Assembly: GCA_020184695.1 (NCBI GenBank)
Contig: JAANOX010000268.1
Location: forward strand, 213,235-277,234
Source of the DNA: Histomonas meleagridis 2922-C6/04-290x
Lineage: Eukaryota > Protista > Parabasalia
Length of the DNA stretch: 64,000 nucleotides
Reading direction: 5' to 3'
The first letter of the stretch is position 1. Each line of letters starts with the position of its first letter. Positions 1 to 9,413 of the stretch are shown piece after piece. The position numbers were made by a program, and so were the translations under genes. Under the pieces are notes generated by a model. The model made no database searches. It was not told the DNA's origin and saw only the letters and a list, made by a program, of their open reading frames with translations.

Positions 1-336
1 TTTCATATGAAATCTAATAAAATTTTTTAAATATTTTAATATCACATGCAACTTTTTTTTAATGAATGGCCTTCTTGTTTTACTGTATATGTACACAAAG
101 TTTCAACATCTTATAATGTATTTTCTATTTGATTTTTTGTAAAAAGATTCAATCAGCATTTGCAACAAAAGCAATATCATATTGTTAAAATTTAATATAC
201 ACGAAAAATCAATTTAGTAATATCATATTTTCAGGAGCAAATGAGAAATAAATTTCAAATCTTTGATGACATGAAATTAATTGTCGTGAAAATTTTCATA
301 TGATATCAAAACAAACAATTAAGACCTAGAAATGGT

Positions 337-1014
337 TTAGCTATGAGTGAGAACTGTTGTGGATGTTCTCATTGGATCAGGAACATTTGGCATAAATTGA
401 GTCTGGATAACATTAAGTGCATCATTCATGAGGTTGGTGCACTTACCATGGCAAATTGGAGCTGGTTTCCTTCCGTCAAGTTCCCATAGTTTGCCATCTT
501 TTTGAATAAATGTAATAAAATGATTCATGTCGTATTCTTCAATAATTGGTGTAGTATCTTCAGTTGCAGCATCTTCGTGAAGATCTTGAATTTCTTCGTT
601 TCCTTCAATGTAATCAGCTCTTTGAGCTGGGCTCATTGATTTTGCAACTTCGAAAAACTTAGCAAGCCATGAACCTTCAACAATTTTGAGCTTATCTAAG
701 TTGTTAGCAATACTGTGAATAACAGCAATGGTTCCACAAGCATTAGGTAAAGTCTGAATTGTAAACCATGGATCATCTGGTTGTATTTCTCTTTCTTCCA
801 TAAAACGTGTTTCAAGAGGACCATCCTCTTCTCCGACTGGGTATAGGAATATTACAGAAAAAACTGGTTGTGGTATGAATTCAAGCATTTCTGGTTCAAA
901 TGAAAAAATTTCGCTGAACTGAAAACATGATTCGTCTAAACCAATTTCTATTGCAAAGTCGGTAAGACTTTCTGGATCATTTGAGAGTGCAGTAAGAACT
1001 CCTTCTTCGCTCAT
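337..1014 (-). CDS. Ubiquitin C-terminal hydrolase (peptidase C12, UCH-L3/YUH1-like)
   Basis: Catalytic motifs QTLPNACGTIAVIH, NHFITF and LWELDGRK; SVIFLYP motif. Confidence 0.93.
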   Translation of the reverse strand: MSEEGVLTALSNDPESLTDFAIEIGLDESCFQFSEIFSFEPEMLEFIPQPVFSVIFLYPVGEEDGPLETRFMEEREIQPDDPWFTIQTLPNACGTIAVIHSIANNLDKLKIVEGSWLAKFFEVAKSMSPAQRADYIEGNEEIQDLHEDAATEDTTPIIEEYDMNHFITFIQKDGKLWELDGRKPAPICHGKCTNLMNDALNVIQTQFMPNVPDPMRTSTTVLTHS

Positions 1015-2039
1015 TACCTTTTTAATCGGATTTTATTGAAAAATTGAATTAAAATTTTGGTAAAATTGACAAAAAGTGACATATATTCAATCTTTCTTAA
1101 AGTCAAGTGACTTAACGTCTTTTTTCGACTTGGCAAGTCCTTTTTATTATGGATGTTGAATGGCCTTATAACATAAGAATAATATTTTTTTTCGAGAAAA
1201 AGATTATTCGAGAAAATGCAAAAACATGATTAACGCAATTAAGAATAACTAATTCAACAAAATTATTACCTTTTTAACATAACAAATTTTTGATGCTCTC
1301 AATTGATAATTAATAAGTGAAGAAATATTTGTTACTCTGTTAAATTCTAGATTAAATTTCATTAATGATCGTGTATAAAAAAGGATTTCTAGAAATTATC
1401 TTCAGAACAAACAACTTTAACGGTTTTGTTCGGTAAAATTGAACACAAAGTCGATAAAACCGTTTCATTTCTATATGTTTTGACGGTTAGAATATAATGC
1501 GATGGGAAAGGGTGCGCTCAAAAGTCAGCTTCAAGTAGATTACATCACGTGATACAAACCGCAAAATTAAGCAATCGTGATCCCCTATTCGTAACGGTCG
1601 CGTATTTTCAAAATCGAGTTTTACTATGTTATATTGCAAAAAAATTTTCAATAATCAGCTCTTTTTAAAGAAACGCTATGTCCTTCTTCTTAGTTGCTTC
1701 CATATTTTTCATTATTCCAGCTTTATCTTCTGCATTTATAGTCCATAAACCAACTAATTTTACAATTAAACATCAACTTCTTGCTAAGTTCAACAAAGAA
1801 ATGAAAAACATTCGCGCACATAATGTTGGTGCAGTTTATCAAGAAAAATATTCTCAACATAATAAAAATTCTAAAACATCTTTTTACAATGTTCTTTTTT
1901 TTTCAGCAAAATCAAATCAAATACATAATGAGCAAGGATACAAATTGTCTTCCAGATATTTTTTTTCATTGGTATATTCTTTTAAGTCAATTTTAACATG
2001 TTATAAAAGTTTTTCTATTTTTTTGAATATTTTTGAAAA

Positions 2040-3567
2040 ATGTTTTCATTTTTTATTTGTTTTAATTATAATTTTTTATATAAAAAGAAATATTTTTATT
2101 TACAAACGAATAACAAGAATAAACAACTTCGGAATTTGTTTTTTATAATTTTTATTGTTAACAGCATCGAAACTTATCATTCAAATAATAAAACACTTAT
2201 TATTAATGAAGATAATGATTTTGATACCGAAGAAAAGAAAGAAGCAGAATATGTTTATATATATTGTGAAACAGGGGAAATTCCTAGAAGAGCATTTTTT
2301 GAATGTACTTTTCTTATTGCAGTTTATATCGGAAATTTCATACAAACCATTGGAGTTGAAGCGTTTATGTATTGCTATAATTTAACAACAGTTCTCAATG
2401 GCAACAATGTTACAACAATTCAAAATTATGCATTTTGATATTGCAATTTAAATAATATTGTAATCCCTAATACAGTCACATCAATTGGAAACTCAGCATT
2501 TTTTAATTGTATATCATGAAGTAGTATTACTATACCAAGTTCTGTTACATCAATCGGAAACTCAGCATTTTCTAATTGTTATAATTTAAGCGATATTACA
2601 CTTAGTGAAAATATTACATCTATTAATAGTTCTGTTTTCAGTTCATGCACGAATTTATTTAATATTACACTTCCGAAATCAGTTAAAATTTATGAAGATA
2701 GTTCATTTTGGAATTGTACATCACTCCATACAATTTTTCTTAGCGAAAATATCAAAGAAATTAAAAATCGTGCGTTTCAATCATGTACAAATCTTCAATG
2801 TATTTATTTTAGTGGCGAAACAGAACCAACAATTGACTCCGGTGCATTTCCTGATGTGCCTGCGAAAACTGTTATGACACCAGGTTCATATAATAGCACG
2901 AAATTTGGTGTATTTAATGTATCTAAAGGATCAATCATTTCATCATGTCTTCCAGCCACAGAAACATATACCAAATCAAATACATTTGCAAAATCAAATT
3001 TGTTTGTAAGGTCAAATGCATTTTCTAACACATTTACAAAATCAAATACTTATAACACTTTTGTTGTAACATTTACAAATTCTTTTTCTGCTTTAACTAT
3101 TTCTCATTCGTTTACTTTAATATATTCATTCTCCAATACTCAAACAATAAGTATTTTTAATTCTTTCCCATCGAATTCTTATTCTATTTCTAATATAAAT
3201 TCAATTTTCGCATATGTTATAAATGAATTTATTTATTATAATTATACAATTGTTGTTTATTCGACTTATTATAGTTTTTATTCGAATTTTTATACTATTT
3301 TTTATATAAATGACGTTGATAAAAATGATAACACGAATATTATAATCATTGTATGCGTTGTTATTGTCATCGTAATTATTGTTGTTGTGTTACTTGTTAT
3401 ATTATTAATTCGATTACGTAATAAAAAACAAATCAGCAATGCAGAATCAAATGATGTGAAAGAAGAAAAAGAAAATGAAACAATTACAACATTTTCATCC
3501 GAAGAACATTGAAGATGATCCATTCGCAAATGATTTCAAGGAAGATAACTTTATTGAACAAATTTAA
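2040..3567 (+). pseudogene. BspA-like (TpLRR) leucine-rich-repeat surface protein, disrupted
   Basis: Frame of 2040 continues through repeats IVIPNTVTSIGNSAFFNC / ITIPSSVTSIGNSAFSNC / ITLPKSVKIYEDSSFWNC. In-frame TGA at 2436-2438 and 2517-2519. Then a Ser/Thr/Phe stalk, a TM segment and a frameshifted tail NIEDDPFANDFKEDNFIEQI* ending 3567. True start uncertain. Confidence 0.8.
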
Positions 3568-3945
3568 TTTTAATATTAAATCTAATAAGTAAAAGTTCGG
3601 TTTAAGTTTTTTGTACCTTTTAAAATAGAATCTCATATGTGAATTTGAGTGGTAGTACTGTGATGTTTTGGAAAGCTTTCCAAGCAGTATTGCTTTGGGA
3701 AAATACTTTTGTTTAGGTAAAGATTTTTAAATGCATATTCTTTATTTGGGTAATTCATTTTCATCAGGAAATACTTAATGACATTAAGTAGATTTTTACC
3801 AATATTATTCACATGAAATCTTACCTTAATAATATAAGATGGAACTAATGCCAAAAAACTTTTTCATGGTAATATATTTATAAAAATTTATAATAAAAAA
3901 AAAAAATGATTTTCTAAAATTATTTTAAATGAAACACTTTAATAT

Positions 3946-4788
3946 TTAACTATCAATTGCATCAGCTTCAAATGCAGCGAAGTTTCGTCTGATTCTGTAA
4001 TATTTATTCTTTTGCTCAAGAGTTGGAAACTCGAAGTTATCCACAATTTCCTCCTCTTTCCCGAAGACAAGGCTTGAAAACTCATCCAACTGATCATTTG
4101 CTACTGCCTCCTTGAACATAATGAAAAGCGAATCTTTGATATCGACAAAAGTTAGCGATCTGATGAATTTAAGACATTCGAAATATTTCCCATTTGAAGT
4201 AAATAGACGAATAATTACTTTGAGCTGGGAAATGTCTTGGCATTGGAAACCTGAAAAGTAATAATATTGTAAGGCTGCTGTGAACATTTTAAATTCAACT
4301 AAATTATCAATAATATTAAACTTAATTTCAGGAGAAACGGCATTTATGAATAGGTTTGAGATGTCGTTGGGTGAAAATATTCTGTTGTCAATTTGATAAC
4401 AGGAATAAACAAATGAAATTATTTTGGATGGAATTAATGTAATAACACCAAAATCATAAACATTTCCGATCTGAAAGTTTGGCATCATGTTGAATGAGTC
4501 AATAAGAAAATAAAGAACAATACATTTTGAATAAAATGAACGAAGAGATTTATCATTCATAAGTTGAATAACTTTGTCTTTATCACTTAGTGGATATTCG
4601 TCAATTGGATAATTTGCTTGTTCGCAAAACAGTTCTATAAGAAGATGTGAATTTGGATATTCTTCTGCATTCTTATCAATTCTATTCTTTGAAATATCAA
4701 TAAGTTGATCCATTTGACCAAAAACAGAAGAAAAATTATATTCTTCCAAGTATGAATCAATGATTTGATTAAGTTCTTCTTCTTCCAT
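3946..4788 (-). CDS. Helical protein resembling the ELYS/Ely5 nucleoporin domain
   Basis: 280-aa ORF; YP..(~15)..SKCIVLYFLID...IP..I..V...YQID...AALQYY pattern recalls the ELYS domain (by eye). Confidence 0.45.
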   Translation of the reverse strand: MEEEELNQIIDSYLEEYNFSSVFGQMDQLIDISKNRIDKNAEEYPNSHLLIELFCEQANYPIDEYPLSDKDKVIQLMNDKSLRSFYSKCIVLYFLIDSFNMMPNFQIGNVYDFGVITLIPSKIISFVYSCYQIDNRIFSPNDISNLFINAVSPEIKFNIIDNLVEFKMFTAALQYYYFSGFQCQDISQLKVIIRLFTSNGKYFECLKFIRSLTFVDIKDSLFIMFKEAVANDQLDEFSSLVFGKEEEIVDNFEFPTLEQKNKYYRIRRNFAAFEADAIDS

Positions 4789-4863
4789 TCGAAAGCCTTA
4801 TTTAATTGACAGCACATGTTAAAAAATTGACTGGCGTTAAGTTTGCTTTTAAAACAACGATAC

Positions 4864-4884
4864 GACGGTTATGGTCCAACCTTT
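4864..4884 (+). promoter_or_regulatory. Trichomonad M3 (GACGGTTA, 4864-4871) + M5 (CCTTT, 4880-4884) core promoter of eS1
   Basis: Matches M3/M5 consensus described for T. vaginalis ribosomal protein genes; 6 nt before ATG 4891. Confidence 0.7.
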
Positions 4885-4890
4885 TGGAAA

Positions 4891-5646
4891 ATGGGTAAAG
4901 CTCAACAGAAAGGCAAGGCCTCAAAGAAGATCAAGCAAGATACCTTCCTCAAGAAGGAATGGCGCCATGTTTTCGTTCCAGGATTCTTTTCAAAACGTGA
5001 TATTGGATTCACAGTTTCACACAAATGCGCTCGTGGTAAGACACCTGCCGATTACCTCAACAACCGTGTGTTCGAACTCTCCCATGGTGATCTTGTTGAC
5101 GAACAATCTCATGCATACCGTCTCTTCAGCTGGAAATCAGTTGATGTTCAAAACAATGACGTCTTAACTGTTTTTGCCGGAATGAGACTTACTAACGACA
5201 AACTTTCTTCTCTCCTCCGTAAGTACCGCACACTCATCAATGCTCAAGTTGATGTTCGTACAGCTGATGGTTACATTCTTCGCGCTTTCAGCATCGGTTT
5301 CACCAAGAAATTAAATCCAAACAAGAAGGCATGCTATGCTCAACAATCTAAGAAGCGTGAGATCAGAGATGCTTGCATTGCCATCATGAAGGAGACAATC
5401 GAAAAGTCAACAATCCCAGAACTGTGTCAAACAATTGTCAACGAAACAATTGAAAAGGCCATTGTTGAAAAATGCAAGACCATCATGCAAGTTGATAATG
5501 TTTATGTCACAAAGATCAAAGTCATCAAGGCACCAACATTCACTGGTGATGAACTTAAGAAGCTCCACCAAGGCCGTGCTGTTACAAAGGCTGCTGAAGT
5601 TGCACGCCCTGTTGAAGAAGAAGCCAAAACCGAAGAAACCAAGTAA
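4891..5646 (+). CDS. RPS3A: 40S ribosomal protein eS1 (S3a)
   Basis: D.FLKKEW..V..P..FS.R..G.T, RVFELSHGDL, AQVDVRTADGYILRAF.IGFTK, CYAQQS; high-expression codon bias; start taken at ATG 4891. Confidence 0.95.
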   Translation: MGKAQQKGKASKKIKQDTFLKKEWRHVFVPGFFSKRDIGFTVSHKCARGKTPADYLNNRVFELSHGDLVDEQSHAYRLFSWKSVDVQNNDVLTVFAGMRLTNDKLSSLLRKYRTLINAQVDVRTADGYILRAFSIGFTKKLNPNKKACYAQQSKKREIRDACIAIMKETIEKSTIPELCQTIVNETIEKAIVEKCKTIMQVDNVYVTKIKVIKAPTFTGDELKKLHQGRAVTKAAEVARPVEEEAKTEETK

Positions 5647-5742
5647 AAAATTTGCTTGTTGAAAATCATTCAAAAAGTGAAAACGTAAAAAAATTGGTTA
5701 TTTCGGATTTCGAACCATGTCCACTTAGTTTTTTTTAGTTAA

Positions 5743-7047
5743 ATGTGCGACTTTTTTTCAGTTTCTTGTGTTTCACTCCCTTTAAATTTTGTTGTATTAT
5801 TAAACTCAAAGTCAATCAAAAAAATTGGTCTTAAAAAAAATGGATATGCTTTGATCAAAGGAAAAAACGAACAAATTTCAATATTTAAAGTTATTAAAGA
5901 TAGTGAATGCAAGCCATATGAAATTAAAGTTCCACTGTCAGCACAGATTACATTGGGACTTTCTCCAAAGGATGAAATTCCAATACTTCCATTTGATGGA
6001 GAAGATCATTGTGATGCTATTAAGGTAGCTCCTTTATTTCGTAGTCATCGAAAAGAAGAATTCAAATCACAAGTTATAGATTTTTTTACACAAACATCTC
6101 AACCAGTAACAATAGATTCTATTTTCCTCCTAAAAATAGGTAATCAAGAAAAGCCATTTAAAATTATTAGTAGCTTACCAACCGATCGCTCTTTCACTAG
6201 TTCCACAACTAAATTATATTTCACACCTGAACCAGGGCCAATTCTTGATTCACCAATAATTCCTCAAATTTTTTCTAATTTAACATATGACGAAACCACC
6301 AAAGACTTTATTAACTCATATATTTTTAATCAATATAAATATCCACGACTTTTAGCACAAATGCGCATTAATACATCCATTGGTATTCTTGTATATGGAG
6401 AATCCGGAAGTGGTAAGACCAGTCTTTTATCATCAATTTCAACTTCTCTTAAATGTCCTTCAATATACTGTGATTGTCATCAACTTAAATCACTTAAAAT
6501 TGAAGAATTTTACGAAAACATAAATAAAGTTTTTGATTTTTATACTGATCATCCACCGTGTTTGATCATGGTTGACAATCTACAAGAGATTGTGATCAAA
6601 TTAAAAAATGCGAAAACAATTGAAGATAGAAAGAAGACCGTTTATTTGCTTGAAAAAGTCGAAAACTGCCTCAAAAAAGCAGGCGTGATTTTGATTGGGA
6701 CAATTGAGTCATTAGATGATATTGACAAGCGATTCTTAAGAGATGGAAGATTTGGTTATGAAGTAGAACTTAAACAGCCATCTACAAAAGAAACAAAAGA
6801 ATTAATTAAAAATTATACTTCTGGAATGTTTATAACTGAAGAAGACTTAAATGAAATTGTTTCTAAATTCGCGAACACAATGACAACAAAAGAGATAATG
6901 GAATTATGTAGAGAATCTGTTTCAAATTTGGTTGAAGATGTAACAGGTAGTCATGGAATGCATGTAAGTGATCGATTAATGGCTGATGCACTTGGTACTA
7001 AGATGCATCCAATTGATTTCGGGATAAAAACAAAAAAGGATAAATAA
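5743..7047 (+). CDS. Divergent Cdc48/p97-like AAA+ protein (N-domain + single AAA module)
   Basis: N-domain-like LGLSPKDEIPILP / IKVAP / QPVTIDSIF; Walker A GESGSGKT; Walker B LIMVDN; SRH-like DKRFLRDGRFGYEV. Confidence 0.7.
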   Translation: MCDFFSVSCVSLPLNFVVLLNSKSIKKIGLKKNGYALIKGKNEQISIFKVIKDSECKPYEIKVPLSAQITLGLSPKDEIPILPFDGEDHCDAIKVAPLFRSHRKEEFKSQVIDFFTQTSQPVTIDSIFLLKIGNQEKPFKIISSLPTDRSFTSSTTKLYFTPEPGPILDSPIIPQIFSNLTYDETTKDFINSYIFNQYKYPRLLAQMRINTSIGILVYGESGSGKTSLLSSISTSLKCPSIYCDCHQLKSLKIEEFYENINKVFDFYTDHPPCLIMVDNLQEIVIKLKNAKTIEDRKKTVYLLEKVENCLKKAGVILIGTIESLDDIDKRFLRDGRFGYEVELKQPSTKETKELIKNYTSGMFITEEDLNEIVSKFANTMTTKEIMELCRESVSNLVEDVTGSHGMHVSDRLMADALGTKMHPIDFGIKTKKDK

Positions 7048-7236
7048 ATGTTGTTTATTAATTTTTATGAGAAGATGCTTCCGATTGTGTTTTTTTGATT
7101 TGGGTATTGACTTCACATGTTTCCTAAAGCTCTGAAAAGTGGATAAAACCGTCGAACGTTGTGTGAAAAAATCAAAGACGATAATTGAAATTCAATGAAA
7201 ATTTGGAAAATTTGTCGGTTGATCTGACAAACTCCA

Positions 7237-7941
7237 ATGGAAGGAGACAACAACAACACAGAACAAAATCAACCTGAAGAAGTGACATCCACACAACAAA
7301 ATCAACCTGAAGAAGTGACATCCACACAACAAAATCAACCTGAAGAAGTAACATCTACAGAACCAACACCAAATACTGGTGGTACAGAACAACCACCAAA
7401 TATTAACGAAGAATCAATTGAGACAAGGGATCCAACTCCTGACAATGACACACTTGAATCAAATGAAGCAGTTGAACCAACGTATACATATATTGATCCA
7501 GAACAACCAAATCAACAAGAAGATCAAAATGAAGTTGAAGGAGAGCCAGTAGAACCTGTGATGCCAACTGATGCTGTTGTACCACCAACTCCATTACGAC
7601 CACCACCTTTTGATATGGGTCCACCACCAGCTACAAGTTATACAATGGTTAGTCCACTTATTGTAGACACCAGTGAACGTAGGCGAATGGATGGTTACAA
7701 TCTTTACAACGTCATTTATCATACAGATGTTGGACCATCTAATTGGCATACTACACCATGTGATTATACTCCCAATTCCAACAGTTTCTGGGAAATGTTC
7801 GAAATATTTCGTACAGCACTTATGTTAGCTTCTCTAAATAATCGAATAGAATCAATTAAATTACTCCTTGAGCAAAAAGCAATTGATGTTAATGCTAAAG
7901 ATATTCATTTGTTTGACATAAAATTTATTTCAATAATTTGA
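7237..7941 (+). CDS. Acidic/Pro-rich protein running into the first module of an ankyrin array
   Basis: 234-aa ORF; low-complexity N-terminus, then TALMLASLNNRIESIKLLLEQKAIDVNAKD. Confidence 0.6.
   Translation: MEGDNNNTEQNQPEEVTSTQQNQPEEVTSTQQNQPEEVTSTEPTPNTGGTEQPPNINEESIETRDPTPDNDTLESNEAVEPTYTYIDPEQPNQQEDQNEVEGEPVEPVMPTDAVVPPTPLRPPPFDMGPPPATSYTMVSPLIVDTSERRRMDGYNLYNVIYHTDVGPSNWHTTPCDYTPNSNSFWEMFEIFRTALMLASLNNRIESIKLLLEQKAIDVNAKDIHLFDIKFISII
7264..7359 (+). repeat. 33-bp coding tandem repeat x3 (QNQPEEVTSTQ)
   Basis: caaaatcaacctgaagaagtgacatccacacaa units start at 7264, 7297, 7330. Confidence 0.95.
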
Positions 7942-8388
7942 AGTTTTGCTAAAATTTTTAAATTTTTTTCAAAATCGATAAAACAGCTCTGATATTGGCA
8001 TCTTCACGTGGTCATATAGATGCAGTTAAATTACTTCTAAAAAGAGAAGGAATTGACGTTAATGCTGTAGATGTTTATTTGTTTTATGTAAATTTAATTT
8101 TGATAATTTTTTATTTCAAAATCATGTATAAGATTTATTCAAATTGTTTAATACAGCGCTCATGGAAGCAGTAAAATCGGGTTATACCGAAATCGTTAAA
8201 TTACTTCTGGAACAAAATGGAATAGATATTAATGCTAAAAATATAATTTTATTTTGTTTTGGTTTTATTTTTGCATTTTTATGTTTTTAAATTTTGTTTG
8301 GAAATTGTTCAAATTATTTAAATCAGCTCTTATGATCGCTTCTGCTTCAGGTTTTACAGAAATAGTCAAATTACTTGAACAAAAATAA
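7813..8388 (+). repeat. Interrupted ankyrin array A: 90-nt ANK modules + 80-nt spacers (170-nt period)
   Basis: Modules 7813-7902, 7983-8072, 8153-8242, 8323-8388; spacers 7903-7982, 8073-8152, 8243-8322, each 80 nt. Confidence 0.9.
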
Positions 8389-9376
8389 TTCAAATTTCAT
8401 GAATATTATAAACACTAGATACATTTTATTTTCATGGAATAAAATTGCTCCATATAATGAAGGTAAAACTAAATTTAAAATTTTAGGAATTTTTTTTCCA
8501 ATGACGTTTACAAATATATTCGTTCATTAGTGTCTAGCTGAATATTACATTTGTGGGAAAACTAGCTGGCAACTTTTTTCAAATGTTTAAAGATTTGATA
8601 TCCAACATCTTAGAAGAAAAATGGTTTTTCCAATGAATGTTAAATCAAAAGAATATGGTTCTAAACCCACATATGGCACAGATCTAAGATTAGTAAAGAT
8701 CGATTCATATTAAACTGTTATTATACAAATTCATTCATATGAATAGAATCCTATTTTGTAATTCATTTTGGTTATCCATGTGAACAATTATTAATACTTG
8801 TAACATATATAATATTATATATTTAAAACAACTTTTTATTTTTTCAAATTTCAGATGCACATTAAAATTTTATTGTTCATCAGTGACAAATCACAATAAA
8901 TATTAACCATAATAAATTAAAATTAATTTCATTTAAAATTAGCTTAAAGTTAAACATTTACTAACAATTCGTTACTATATCTTTTTCCTTACGAAATATT
9001 GCCAATACTAGTATTGGCATAATCGTTATTAAGAATTTCCATATTTTAGCGAAAATTTTTAGATTTATGTGAACAAATTTTATACACATATGGATCTTAA
9101 TTATAACAATTATAAATGTTATTTCATTTCAGCATATGCTGATTGTAAAAACATATTTAAAATGAAATTTATTAAATCGAAACAAAGAAATAGTTTTTAT
9201 CGAGGATAGACATTATTCAAAATTTTTGATGTCTTTTCTATTTTTTTCTATAAATTTAGCAAGTTAACAATTTGAATATCTAAAAAAAGTGCCATACCGC
9301 CATTATTTTGAATTATTTAACGTCCAATTATATTGAAATGAAGAAGAAGGAAGATTTCTCTTGGCGCGATATTTAT

Positions 9377-9386
9377 TCACTTCATT
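9377..9386 (+). promoter_or_regulatory. Tandem initiator (Inr)-like TCACT/TCATT upstream of RNR
   Basis: Trichomonad Inr consensus TCA(Y)(T/A), about 30 nt before ATG 9414. Confidence 0.4.
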
Positions 9387-9413
9387 TTTTATTAATAAAT
9401 AATTGAACAAAAT

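Noticed and set aside
1678-2148. 156-aa ORF as a separate gene
   Set aside because: Low-complexity AT-driven composition, overlaps the BspA 5' region, no recognisable motif.
2436-2519. In-frame TGAs (BspA 2436 and 2517; DUF3447 gene 42995) as evidence of TGA recoding
   Set aside because: TGA terminates apparently intact genes here (e.g. 28866, 41472, 49958, 51200), and the expected residues at the in-frame sites differ. Ordinary nonsense mutations are simpler.
7172-7392. Minus-strand hydrophobic repeat ORFs
   Set aside because: Antisense shadows of the 33-bp repeat.
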